A stretch of 64,000 nucleotides of DNA from contig JYFJ02001101.1 in the NCBI GenBank assembly GCA_000934665.2, positions 1-64,000 on the forward strand. The letters run 5' to 3'. Shown here in pieces: positions 40,686-54,004 of this stretch (position 1 is the stretch's first letter; each line of letters opens with the position of its first letter). This DNA comes from Catajapyx aquilonaris (taxonomy: Eukaryota). Position numbers and translations under genes: made by a program. A model generated the notes under the pieces. The model saw nothing but the letters and a program-made list of their open reading frames with translations. It was not told the origin of the DNA and searched no databases.

Positions 40686-43600
40686 TTCCCAACCCAACTG
40701 CGGTGTTGATGCCTTGTAAAACCGAGGAATTGCCCTGTTTTTAAGCTGGGCGTCCAAACAATGTCGCGTATGCTGGAATGGGTTTTGTCACCTGGAGGAT
40801 CGTATTTCCCGGTTGGCCTAGGGGGGGGAAACGCTGAAGTTGATTCATTTTCTGGGGACTTGATTGCAGCGGGGAAAAGTGACGAGAGGCCCACTTTTAC
40901 CAGGGGTTGGTCCGTTACGGGTCGTAAAATCCAGCAAACGTGTGTGTGCTTTTTTTACAACGTTTCGCTACGCAGTTTACGCCACGTCGGAGAAAGAAAA
41001 AGATGACAAGTAAAAAAAAAATGGCTGCGGGGAATTAGTCGGCTTACCAGCTATTATTACACGCCATGTGTGCTAATGACTGGCACGCACTTGCAGGCAT
41101 TTTCTGTAGGGAGTAAAAAATTTCGAGCCCCCTAAAAACGCAACAATTGGGCCGGAAGGCTTCATACTCTGTCCATTAAAACTCAAGTCAATAATAATTG
41201 CGTCGAGCTTCAGGATGCCTTTTTATGCCGACTGTGCTTTTGTGCAATTTGTTTTTTTTTTGCTACTGGATGCATTGCCGTCAGGGTGTTTTGCAAGCAA
41301 TTTCACCTCGTAACGGAAAATGCGGTGGTAAAGTTGATTCCGGGGGATGATGGGGGGTTGGAGGGAAATGTTGGCGTGCTGGCGAGCAATCTATTTATTT
41401 TTGCCTTTGGGTTTTGCTGCAACAGGAGTTGGAGGGGATGACCTGTTGTGACTAATGCTAGGTTTTCTGAGCCCCGTAGACACTCCCTTCTATCCTATCC
41501 GATTACTCGAAATGGGTTGAATTATTCAGAGAATTTGAATCATTGCGCCACCGGTTCAGCTGCACGCCCGATGTGTCATGTAACAAGGCAGGGTTGTATT
41601 GAAAAAATTATGTCAATGTGACCCCAAAAATGGGGCATCAAAAATTGATAACGAATTTTAAAACACAATCTACAGATAATCTTAGAATAATTTTAGAATG
41701 ACATTTCACATATATCTCAATTCCACTGTGCGCGACCTTTTCAAGGGTACAGGTGCTCTAAAATATATATCAGGTTTATCCTTGGCCATGGACATATCTC
41801 CTATCAGTAGGCTACTGCACGTTATTCTTAAATTTTTAACATCATACTGCCGGCTAAATGCATTTACGTGGTAAGCGACGTCATTGACTGTCAGGCATGT
41901 GCGTGTAGGATGCAAGTAATGAAGATATCCACTGAGCCATCAGATTTAGACACATCGATTGAGTAGTTTGCAATGACTCGTCTGCAGCTGCACTGCAGCC
42001 AGCATAATTTATTCCTACGTGTTTGCGAATCCTAAGACGTTTCAGCAAAAAAAAATCTGTGCCGGGAAGTAAAAGGCGGCCGAGAAATTGTGCAGCAAGT
42101 TGGAAAGGCTGCGTCTGTCTCTGCACCTTCTCTGTACTTGGGAGTCGTCTGGGGGTGCTGCTGGAAGTCCTTATCTAATTTTCGGCTTTGGCGAGGGAAG
42201 TGTCGGCAGCATCTTGCTGATCTGGCTGGAAAATGGGAATATCCCGGCTTTTCTTCGCCGGGGACCCTGCAAGGCGCGGTAATGGTAAGCAAATGGGATT
42301 TCCTCCTCCAGGTATATACATAAAGATGCTTGACTCCCAAGGACTGTACCTTTTTTTAAAAAAAACTCAGAGGCGCCCAACATTCAGCCAGAATTTTCTG
42401 GCCGGAAAAACAGGTAGTGTGTGTGTGCAGGAATGCGTGCAGGTGATGTTGGAAAGCGGACAAAAATTCTGCTGGGTTCCTGCAGGTTTTGAGTTCAGAT
42501 GAAATTTTGGGGAGCCCCCAGAAAGCCCCTAGGGCTATATGAAAGTGATTTCGGGAGGGAGGGTAATGTCCTCAAAGCAGTTGTTGGATTAAAAGCAGGA
42601 GCAATAAAATGTGCTGGGTTTTGCAACTACGAACGGGGGGGCCCTGATTAAAAGAGATTACGATGACGGGGACTGACCTAAAATGAATAGGCTTATCATT
42701 ACAGCCTGGGGAATACGAAACAAATCTGCGGAATTGATGGAATTGGAAGCTGCATTTTCTGGAAAGAGTTTTACATGCTGTAATGGACGAGCCTCGAATT
42801 GTCATCACGAGCATGTTTAGTTAACGATTTTTCGTCCCGTTTTGCAACAGTATATTGTATACTAATATCACCAACAAATATTTTAGACAATAACTGAAGT
42901 AACTGTAGATTAACGCAAAAATATCAAACTCGCTCACCTCACTTGGAACGTACTGTACTCCATGCATAATACAGCACACTTTATATGTACCTTCTGCACT
43001 GTACGTCTATTTTTGGGGGCAAGGGCACAGTACAGTTGGATAACCGATATAGTTCTCTACTATATCGATAAGCGCATTGGGAGGTTTTACAAGAACATAT
43101 ATATGATTGTATAATATTTTTTTTGATAACGACTAGATCCAGTGCCTGAAGTGACCGGTAATTACTGTCAAATTTGCGCCCGGTGCCAGTGAACTTTGTA
43201 TTAGATTGTGATCCCGCAAATGACCTTCCGATTACATTGGCTGATGGTGGGCGCAATGGGCACATTATGTTGTGCGCAATAAGCTCATTGTCTGGTGATT
43301 ACAGCCGTAAAATAACGTATCGATGCCCCGCACATATAATTTCGTTTCCAGTTGAGTGGACTCCATCTGGATGTATAGGGTGTCTCATAATGATTCGTAG
43401 GGTGAGCAATGGAAGTTCATAGCCATCAGTGTGCCAAGTTTCAAAACTCTCAGTGTTCTGAAAGTGGATTAGATAGCCCGGACACACAAACCTTCTCATT
43501 TATACTATACTATAAGAGATTTTTCAACCAACTTACAGCTAATTAGCTAGGCTTCGGATACCTCTGCAGAAGCATGTTACTAAGCATCCTGTGATGTATA

Positions 43601-46600
43601 CGACTGTGCCAAAGTGGGTGTTTGACCAAAACTAGACGGGTTGAAGTGTGTAGAGGGGGTGGTCCATATACCTTTTCCTTTAGAGGCAGTTAGAGCTGGG
43701 GAGATGCTCGCTTGAAGAGCTTCTGTGGTGAGCCCACTTCTCTTGATTGGTTCCCAACATCCAATGGAATGCATTACCGCAGTTCTGATGGCTCCAGCTT
43801 ATAGTGGCTTTGGAAGGAAAGAGGTTCAGCGGGGAATTCGGATAATCGCAGGGGGGGCTTTGTAGAGTCAGGGCGAAAGCCCCGGGGCGGTCCCACCACC
43901 ACAGTGATTTGGGTTTGGGGATCTCAAACTCGATGATTGTCCGTGGCGGCCATGTCCAAAAGTGAAAACTATTTGATGCAGCTTGACTGATTTGTGGCTT
44001 TTGCTTGAAGCCCCCTATATATTCCCCCCGGGGAGGGGGCTCGATTATTTCCAAAATTTCCAAAATTACGTCAGGATTAAAATTTGAAAATCAATAGGGT
44101 TATCACTCGCTCGATTTTTTGGGGGGACAAATCTCGGATTCTGAGCACGTTGCTTACCAACTTCAGGTTGCACTCCCGAAAATCCTGGCGACAGGTCAAC
44201 AATAGTGGCGGAGGACAACTTTTATAATAACCTTTATGAGTTCATTAAGGGTCCATTATTGTAGAAATGCCAGGGCCAAACTCCTGTGCGGAGATACAAT
44301 GCCCTTTATCTGCAAAGCCGCGGCTGCTGTTACGCTGCGTGAGTGAATAAGAATGGAGCGTGAAATGAGCTTAATCCCGGAACCGCCTTTAGATTGAAGA
44401 TGCATGTCGCCGAGGCAAAGTCCCTCCAGGCATAAATCTTATCCCCATCGCTGCCAAGATTGGTGTATATAGGGAAAGCAGCAGCCTCTGGGAAAATCGC
44501 CCAGTTATCGATATACACACACCATAGACACACACATACATGCGCGGGGTTCAAAGTTCAACATGGAGTTGCAGAAAGTTGCATGTCATTCCAGATGCTG
44601 CATGGAGGTGATAAATCAAAATAGGTGTCCTCAGGAATGAAAAACGCTGCACAATAACTGTGGGAACAGCGGATGATAAATTTCGAGCCTGGAAAAGTGC
44701 GCACGACATCTATATTTCTTCTGGGGAAAAAGAGCACTCGGCAGAAGGAGGAAAAGCCGGCTGGAAAAAATAGATATATGTACACAGAAAAAGAAGCAAG
44801 CTCATTTTTGGAAGGCACGCAAATACTTGGACATACAGTGTGTGCTCTATGGCTTCAGGTTCTCATCGATTGGACCCGCTTATATCCAGGGGGATTCCCT
44901 TTGATTTATTGATTCCAAATGGACCAGCATAGGTAGAGGGGGGTCGGGTGTAAATATTTGATTTGAGATTTTGGGATGTGAAACAAGAGCCACGAGGAGT
45001 CCTTCTGTCTGCCAGCCGGAAACTAGGATTCGCTCGTTACATGTTTTCGAATTCACTTAGTATGGGACAAGGGAGGGGGGTAGGGAAAAGAAAAGGGAGA
45101 GAGACCTTTATGCTCGTGAATAATGTAAGGGGCCTTCCAGGACCAGGAGCCCTCCTTTGTTAATTCACAAGTGGGACATGGCCGCTGACATTTCGAGGGC
45201 GTCGGTTCCCCTTTTCCTGGCAGAAACTCGCTGGGAAAGATTGCGTAACAACACACCTAACCCAACACCTCAGGAAAAAAAAATATCTGCAGGAGCCTTG
45301 ACTTCCCGAATCAATTCATCACCCATCAATCATAATCTTAGGCAAAATCATTGCGCCCCTGTAAAAAAAAGGAGCTCGTTTTTTCTCATGTACCGATCAT
45401 TATCTTTCCGCCCTGCCCAACATTATCAATCTTCCTAATTCCATTCGTAGTCCAGGCTGGAATCATGCGAGACCCGTTATATTGAATACAAGTTTGCAAT
45501 ATTCCTTTAGCCCAGATAGCATTGGAGCCATATGCAGCCAGCCAGGAAAAGACCACACGTTGTCACCGAGGCATCAGCACGAACTGTTTTGTCCCGCAAA
45601 TTAACACCCCCATATCAGGACCCGATTCCAGATAAGGAAAGTCCGGGCCCCGATTTCCTGGATCGGCACACCCCTATTTAACCCATCCCCCAAAATATAC
45701 ATACAGGACAGTAAACACTGCTTCTGACACCGACGCGACGCTTTATTATCTTGATGCTCGTATTGAGGTGAAGCCTCGAAGTATACCGATCCACAAATCA
45801 ATTTGCTTTAAACCCAACAATTCCCGAGCTGTTACACGCTGGTGGACCAGGGTAAAATTGCTTTTTTCCATTAGATAAAAAGGTCCGCCTCGGCATGAAT
45901 ACTGATTTGTTGCTTTTCCGACCGAGATCCTACCCCCGTTTTGTCTCCAAAGGATGGAAACCGATCCATTCATACCGGCCGATCGCTCCAGAGGAAACCG
46001 AACCTGATCATAATGCGAGTGTTAATTAATTTTAATGGCTTAAAGCAAAATTGTGGGCGTTTCAGCATTTTTGGAAACATTTGTATGCTGCAGACAACTT
46101 TTGTGGGCTATATCTGCTGGACTTTTTCCGAGTCTTGAAACTTGCGATTATGGCTAGGCGCATTCTTTGTTGGTTATTGGAACAGTGTGGTCTGGAGTAA
46201 TCTGTAGAATTTTTATGAGTCGCTGAAGGAGAATGAATTTTTTGTTTCGCTGAGCACACACTATTACGAGGCATTCCATCCGTGTCGCTTCTCAAACTCT
46301 CGGATTATCTGTTTATTGCCGAAATCCCTGCGCTCAATCAATTTCGGACAAACGATTCCGTCTATTTTTTTACGGCCAGTTGCGACTATGAAGAAACTTT
46401 TTTTCACCCTCCCCCCCTCTTCGATCGGTTTTTTGAGTCTGGATTTCATATCCAGCTCTCTTCGATGTTTCAATTCCTACAGGGTAAAGGTGGAATTGTT
46501 AACCAGGATCGGGGGGGCTCTGCAACTCCCACCCACCCAAACCACCCACAATCGATAAGGAATTTTTGCTTCCAGACCCAAAAGGCGTAAAGTTGAGTTC

Positions 46601-47986
46601 AGAACCGGCCGCGTTTATTTGATACCCATCTCTTTTTTGAAAGGGGGCTAAAAACTGGTTTCAAGTTTTTTTCTTCCTCTCACTCTCTAGTGGGAAAGTT
46701 GATTCAATGAGCACTCCAAAAATGACAAATTGGCCACCGCCATAAGTGCTTGCCTGCTAACCCAAAACGATACAATTCACCGAGGTAAAATTAGATCCTT
46801 CCGTGCCGCTCACAAGTGCTACTACCCGGATATAAAATAAGGTTTTCGATCATAAGTGTGCAAGAGCTTGAGGTAGGTGGGGGACCAAAGTGACGTCACT
46901 CTTTTTCTATTCTTTTTTAGCCGCATAGGTGGGCGTGCTGCCCTTCGTGTCCAGCCTTTTTGTGTCCATTAAATCGTGATGAGTGGGACTGATTAGGTCT
47001 AACTGTTTCACGACCCGATGCGGGTGACGCCAAGGTTAAGGCTGTATCATGCGATGTATACCGGTACAGATTATTGGTGTGCCCTTGAACAGGTTGATTT
47101 CTGTAGGGGGGGGGGGGGGGGACAAACATGTTGGTAAAAATGACTATTGCGGATCACGTGCTGGAGCGTCGTAACTCTTTGCCTGGAGTCGTCAATGCTT
47201 CAGTGACGTGTGTTGCAGGCAGACCTTTTTCTCGAGTGATACTCATGTGCATGTAAAGCTGCATTTTAAAACCATCTACTTTTAGCTATCGGGGATTGGC
47301 TAACTTCTTCGCACGTGCGCCTGATTGGCTGCATCCGGTTGTACAAGCCTGCGGTCACCTAACTTCCAGGATGAACCCTGTAGGCCTTGCTTATTTTTGG
47401 AATAATACTGTTTTATTGCGTGTTCCCCAACATAGCATTTGTATTTTCCCCACCTTTTTTTGTTACCAAAAATAACCTGTGTTGCGAGCAAATATTGGCA
47501 TGCTGGAAATTAGCTTGAATTTTCAGCATTCACGCAGAGGTTTGCTGGTAGGATTATCCCAGCGGCACACACAGGGCAGAATCGTATGTAGGTTGAAGTA
47601 CGTAATGCCGTTAACCTACTTTTATAAGCAAGTTGTCACTGCATCCGTTGCGTACACACAGCTTCACTCCAAACATATTACGTGTGCATAATTGCAGTCA
47701 TTATGCAACCAGAGCACTTATCGCGATGTGCTCACATGCCGTTTACACAGGAACCCAAGTGCCTTTAAACCGCATTTAAGTCTTGGGCTGACATGCACGG
47801 TTTCAGAAGAAAACTCCTAACCTGTAGCTTTCACATTTCCAAGCCACAAAAAAATCCCTATTGATGTTGCCTAGAATCGCGTTCCAGTTCGCATCATTCC
47901 ATCTGGCATTATCATAGAGTAGTTCTGGTATGATATACAATATAATGTACCTTAGAGAGAGCACTCGGGGTGAAATGTGAGGCAAG

Positions 47987-48112
47987 CAACAATATTACCC
48001 GAGTAAAGATGACATTATTGGACTAATCGTTGTCCCAGTATTGTCATTATTGGTTGTCGTCCCAGTTGCTAGACAACTGTTACAACAACAATATTACCTG
48101 AATAAAGTTGGC
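47987..48112. repeat. Degenerate short direct-repeat cluster
   Basis: CAACAATATTACCCGAGTAAAGATGAC (47987) recurs as CAACAATATTACCTGAATAAAGTTGGC (48086). Between them, CATTATTGG...GTCCCAGT occurs twice. Confidence 0.6.
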
Positions 48113-51016
48113 GGCTGCCTCAGCCTGTCTAATGGAAAAGGATAGGGAGTACTTCCTCTAGGTGTATTATATATTATAACAGATAACTCTTTGGGCATTA
48201 TTCAGAACTACTATGCACTACAAGCGAAAAAAGTGTGTACTGTACATCCCGTCGAAAGTGAGTGAAAGTCATTGAAATTAAAGGTGGCCATCCGAGCCCA
48301 CGCAAAAGGAACACGGGTGCAAACGTGCACATCGCTTTCGTGTAACGCTGGAAGCCACTGACAAGCGGCTTGATAAATTTTTTAAAAACGCGCCTATTTT
48401 GGAAATCTGGGTCACATCCGAGACGCACGCCTGCTGTGTACTTCCCCTAGCCATTTGCGGCTGAATCCTCTCCGGGAACGTCCACTGGCTTTACCCCCAT
48501 AATGAATCATGGCTGATGCAGCTGCACAATAAACGACGCCAGAAGGAAAAGGCAGTACTTCTCACTTTATCCCGCCCAAAAAATGTCCGTTGCAGATAAA
48601 TATATATATTTTCACCATAATCTGGCTAACAATGAGGCCTTGACCTACTGCACTGTTCCTGCCATGGCCACACCACAGTGTAGAAAAATAGCCGGATCCA
48701 TTTTCTTCTCCAATGAATCCTACATTAAAAAAAAATCGGCCCTAATAAGATTTAGCAGAAATTGGCGTTGGTCGGACGTTATTTACATACCCGGCAGGTG
48801 CATATTGATTACGAGTGGCAAAATGTTTTGACTGCTTGTTTTCTTGGCTGGGCTTGCTTTTTTGTTGATTTGGCGGACCACCTGTCTGACCAGCCAATCC
48901 ACCCACACATCAGGAAACCTTGCACAAAAAACTGGGTTTTTGGGAGCAGTAGATCCCTGCAGCTCACGTTTGCGGTATATGCAAAATCTATCCTCAGGGC
49001 CTCATCCCGGGCCCTGCGAAACGAGCCAGTTTCCACCAATTCTGTTCCATTCGTCAGGGCCTAGGGGGATGGAAAAGGTAGGCTTCGCGAATCGTCCCAT
49101 ACGTTGGCGACTAATTGGTCTGAGATGCTCAGGTGATTTCGCTCCTGGAATGGGAATGGGAAGGTTTTTTGGGAGGCTAAGGGAAAGGGCTGGGCAGCAG
49201 GAATCGGAAACGAGCCGATCAGGTCACTTCCTGAGAGAGTGAGATTGAAAAAAAAGAAGGAATAGTTGGAGAATCCACACACCTCTGGCTGGATATTGGT
49301 CCCTAGGGAATGCAACCTATTGCCAATCGATTAGAGCCCGAGTGCTATCAGCAGTGTTATCACGATTCGAGTTTAAAGGCAACAGGCTTCTTTTTTTATC
49401 TCTCTCTCTCTCCAAGCAGAGTATTTGCAATGGGCCAGATGGAAATCGCCGCCCCCATAACTTGTTTGATTTCACTTATTTCCAAGGCTGCCGGTGCGGA
49501 TCAATTATTCATTTATGGATTTTGATTTTTTCCGCCAGCTTCTTGACATATCCGGTCCTTAAGTCAGTATAGAGCTGTAAGAATCTAGAGCATTTTAAAT
49601 TGAGTTTCAGCTCTATTAGTAAAATCTTTCCTGAAGAAGTCTACATTGAAACTGAGAATAGCTCAATATAAACAATTTAGATTATGTTAGAGTTTATTAC
49701 ATAATATTGCTCTAATTGAAGTAATTGTGTGGACCTGCATGTGATACTACTGTCTGGAGTAATTGACAATATAACCAGTGCTATATTCCCCACTATACAG
49801 TATTCACTTAAGTCTTGAGACAAAATTCACGAGCAATTGTGTCCTTAATTGAGCCGAAATTACAACAAAATTACATAAACACGTTCATAACAATAATCCG
49901 TGTAAACGACAATATTATTCCGAAGGCTCAGGGTTTAAACGTTATTTTTTTCCACAGTTGAATCTGGCTGCACAACATGACCTGCGCGCATTTTACGTAC
50001 GATATTATCGTCTTATCCGGTCCTTGAAATCTGGCACACACGCTAGATCCGCATTTCTCCGATTGGATTAAGATAGAGATGCAGTAAGTAGGGCTGCACC
50101 GACCATCAAAATTTCATACACACTCCTTGGAGACGTAACCGCCGCTGCTTGTCTCGAACATTAGCTGTCTTTTTAAATATCCAACCGCAACTCCCGAAGA
50201 CATTGTGCAACCCGGTTTAGACACACACAGGCCGGTAACATACAGTCCGCAGCACCCCAATCAAACAAATCCTCCTTCGTAACGAGATTAAACCGAGTCT
50301 ACCCCCATCAAAACCCCCCATGTTTCCCCCAGCGTAATAATAATACAAAGCCCTGGCCCAAAACCTGCTTTCAAAGTTGGGCCATGTGGAGATCAATATT
50401 TTATTCCCATCTCGGCAGGTCCCCATTTGTTTCTCCGTGGGCGTACTTGAGGACTACCGGAATTTATTTTCTACCTGCATGCTAATCTGGGCCAACATGA
50501 ACCCCCCCAGTTTCTTAGTGCATGAGCTAAATGTCCTATCTCTGGATAAATTTTTTATGCAAAATTGTACGAAGTTGTGAATAATAAATCGTGTCTTGTG
50601 GATACCAGGGGCACGTGCGAGCAATATTAACGTACTCAGCATCATCAGAAATGGTGAAGGTGATCTTCTTCACACTTGGCTTCTCCTTGGCTCGTCTCCA
50701 GCCGGGTTCCCAGTTGGATTTAGGAGGCGCCTGGGACTGACGTGAAGGAGAGGGTAAGCTCGCCCTGAGCGCAAGAACGATTCTCTACGGCTTGCAAGAC
50801 ACGCCAGGAAGCACATGCGGGGAGAAAAGGAGGAAGAGGAGGGGGGGAGTCCTACCCATCCCAAATTAGGCCATTCATCCAGAGGGATGTCGCTTGTAAT
50901 TGGTCGCCGTGTGTGGTCAATTCCATGCTTGTCTCTTTGCTGCGGGACGTCGGATCCGCTACCATGCGCCACATGTCAATGTCAACCTTGCTGCCAACCG
51001 TTTCTTCTTCTTACAA

Positions 51017-51104
51017 CAGGGGGTGTCAGAACTTCAGGTGATTCTTGGATAGTCGGGCCTGCAGCCTGCAGTGTTTTGTGTTGAAGCGGTTGTGACACAC
51101 CCTG
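51017..51104. mobile_element. Miniature (88 bp) Tc1/mariner-type MITE remnant, same TIR family as 20887-20935
   Basis: Left end CAGGGGGTGTCAGAAC versus reverse complement of right end CAGGGTGTGTCACAAC (14/16). Flanks AA and TG are each one change from TA. Confidence 0.55.
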
Positions 51105-51376
51105 TGGGCTTATTAGCGGCTTGTTGTCCTAGGCGTGTGCCAACCCATTACCGTTCACTTGGAAAACGTTTCAGGTGTTGGAACTGTCACGGAGATTAAA
51201 GCCGGATAAAAATAATTTCTCTGAGTCACTAAATACCCGGTGGGGTGCACAAAGTAGCTATCTTTTAGCAAGCGGCGGAATGCGCAATTACAAAATGTTC
51301 GTAAAGCGCGTAATTGGAGGGAAGACGGAGTGCGAATTTATTCGCCAGCTGAAAAGGGGGCGATATGTGGATGGGA

Positions 51377-51380
<4 letters not shown>

Positions 51381-51432
<52 letters not shown>
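51381..51432. repeat. (GA)26 microsatellite
   Basis: Perfect GA dinucleotide run; it produces the ERERER and SLSLSL runs in the ORF track. Confidence 0.97.
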
Positions 51433-51434
<2 letters not shown>

Positions 51435-51898
51435 ATTTTGCAGAATTAGGCGGAAATATGGGCCTTGCACCCATCTAGAAAACAGGGCCGCAATGTTTTG
51501 CATCAATTTCAGAAGCCAACTGCGGACTCATTTGTGGAAAGAATAAGCATACTAGAGGAAAATATTGCAAGGTTCACTGTGGAAGCACGACTCAATCTTT
51601 ACTAGCCTATAAGTATAGTATATACTGATCCCCTCATTCTCTCTGTCCGCTTCTTTGTCCGTGTTGACTCATCGCCTAGGTAGTAGTTACCATAGTTTTC
51701 ACTTTCCCCGTTCAACAATAAGGCAAAGAGCGGTCAGAGAGGGTGGGACCTATCAGTGGAGGTGACACAACGCGCGGTGACTCATCACCAACGTGCATGT
51801 AGTACCGGTACTACTTTCTGCCTGATAGTGGAAGTAGTGTGCAGAGAACTGGTAGGGGCATATGTACTACTTCCAAGTGGTGGGGGGGGGGGGCAAGC

Positions 51899-51923
51899 AG
51901 CGTTGCCAAAGTTTGGCAACGCT
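51899..51923. repeat. Perfect 12-bp inverted repeat with 1-nt spacer
   Basis: AGCGTTGCCAAA-G-TTTGGCAACGCT, read directly from the sequence. Confidence 0.7.
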
Positions 51924-53448
51924 ATATGGTATAAAGCTACTCAGGCTTTTAAGTGTGGTGCTATCACTCTGATGAGGTCCGGCCACTTCATATAATGACA
52001 TCTTTCAGCTTCCTTCACCAGTATCCGGATTCTCCAGCACAAAATAATAGAATCAGAGCTAGAGTTCAACCGAGTCAACCATCAAACGCTCAGACCTGTT
52101 TACAATGGATTAAGAACAGAAAAATAATAAATCAAGATAACAAACCGCAATAAGGATCCGGTTGCAAAAAAAAAACTACTGGTAATTACACGCTCGGCCC
52201 CCTTTTATTATTAATATTGCCGGGAATGGGCCAGCATGGATTAGCCCCACGGCGACCCGCGGTATTGAGTAGAACAAAGCGACACACAAAAAAGGTCCGG
52301 GACTTGAAATATGAACCAGGTGTAATCTATTACTACGACCTTGTCGTGTGTGCGTGGGGACTCTCCGATGTTACCAAATTTATTTCTTTTTCCATTTTCG
52401 AAGGCTTTTTTTTATTTTTAAAAAAAGGGGATAGTTGGAACTAATGTCGAAGGCGATGTTAAGTTTGCATCTGGTGGGCTAGCGTCGTTTCGCGTGCCAA
52501 TTTGAAGTTTGAGTGTGGCGCGTGATCGGCCTGCAGGTCATTAGGGAAACTGAAAGCCGGCAGGGTGGTGAGTGGCCTTACAAATCTGCTGCATGCCACA
52601 CGGCAGGGGCCTAGGCCGGACAATTTTTTTTTGGAGGTGGAAGGGTTGGCAATGTAGAAAAAGCGACGACCTCGTTTTCTCAGATTCAGCCGCACTGCCG
52701 TACGAGGGTATAAGATATATCTATCCGGCTGGACGTGTGGCCGGCTTTAAAAAAATAGCAGACGACAGTAAACTTGTCTGGCCGAGTAATTAAGGGAAAC
52801 TCTGTACATGCACTTCTCTCACGGTTTTCCCGACTTGACATGCATTAGTGTTGAAAATGTCGTGGTTATAAAGGAAGATGCGGCACTCAGTGCACGATTT
52901 ACGATCACTTCCGTCTCGTTGAACCCAACGTTTTCGAGAGAGGAACGATTGCTCTTCTCTCGCGGGAAGACGCTGCTCCATTAGGGTGTGAAATTTCATT
53001 TTCTATTATCTGCTTCCAACTTGCTTATAATAACTAATTTAATTAAAGGAACATGGAGGGGGGGGGAGGTAATAATGCGTCTAAAAGCACTCAGTGTCCC
53101 GGCCCGTTGAACAAGCGAGGACGGCAGCATGGCAGAGCTGCACACAGCAAAGCGTATTGCGCCCTTTCCCACGTTCAGCAAAGGAAAAGTTAAGCCCATG
53201 CAAAGATTATTCTAAAGGTTTTTGTTCGGCGATATCTGCTCGGGAGTATCTGGGAAAGATTTTTTTTGTACTCATAGCAGATGCAGTGGAACAGATTTCC
53301 ATGGGGATAAAGAGTACTGTTTATTTGTGGGATCGTGACGTTTAGGAAGGCTTTTAAGTTCAACTGTCACCTTTAAAATGGATTACGAATTAATTAGCTA
53401 ATTAATTAACCATTTATCAATTTATACCTCTGCATGCTTTATGAAGTG

Positions 53449-53493
53449 TAATAATAATGATAATAAATAATAATAATAGCGATAATAATAATA
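53449..53493. repeat. Imperfect (TAA)n microsatellite
   Basis: TAATAATAATGATAATAAATAATAATAATAGCGATAATAATAAT. Confidence 0.8.
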
Positions 53494-53623
53494 TAAACAT
53501 TTGAGTTATAAGCATTTATTAGATTTAAAATGGAATATGTTCAATCATAACATTATAATAATTTGCAGGAAAATTTTATTTTCTAGGAATAAGCACATAT
53601 GTTCGCAATAGGCATGTACTGTA

Positions 53624-53902
53624 CACTGCACTCCCGATTATTCGGGTGCGGATTATCCGTGCATCGCAAAAACAAAAGAAAATAAATGAAAGTCCGAAAA
53701 AATATCATCATGTCTTGCAAACAAATAAAATAAATTGTAACATACTTTTTCCAGAAGACAAACTAAAAATGTGTGGGAAGTTTCATTATTTCGATTAAAC
53801 TTTATTTAAAGCAGCGTAGAGTATGTACAGTAGTTCATTAAAACCTCTCAACAGCTCACTTTTACTGTATCTATATGACCATTTTTCTATTCGTGTTTTC
53901 TG

Positions 53903-53941
<39 letters not shown>

Positions 53942-54004
53942 TTATTATTATTATCCGGCGACACCCCCATGCAGTCATTAGCCCGGATAATCAGGAATAC
54001 AGTG
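53624..54004. mobile_element. Non-autonomous pogo/Tigger-type (Tc1/mariner superfamily) MITE, 381 bp
   Basis: Left TIR CACTGCACTCCCGATTATTCGGG (53624-53646) matches the reverse complement of 53982-54004 (CACTGTATTCCTGATTATCCGGG) at 19/23; all mismatches are C/T. TA flanks both ends (53622-23, 54005-06). Subterminal (G)ATTATCCG motifs occur near 53650 and 53950. The interior is AT-rich and non-coding. The pogo/Tigger assignment is from recalled TIR architecture, not a database search. Confidence 0.8.
53903..53954. repeat. (ATT)n microsatellite inside the Tigger-type MITE
   Basis: (ATT)12 at 53903-53938, a short interruption, then further ATT units running into ATTATCCG. Confidence 0.95.

Noticed and set aside
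43045..43067. 9-bp hairpin CGATATAGT-TCTCT-ACTATATCG (and an 8-bp stem near 629-655) as a terminator or Helitron end
   Set aside because: No upstream gene or U-tract, and no correctly placed CTRR terminus; stems this short are near chance expectation.
47987..48112. Spaced direct repeats as a CRISPR-like array
   Set aside because: Only two diverged copies, an internally repetitive spacer, a eukaryotic context and no cas genes.
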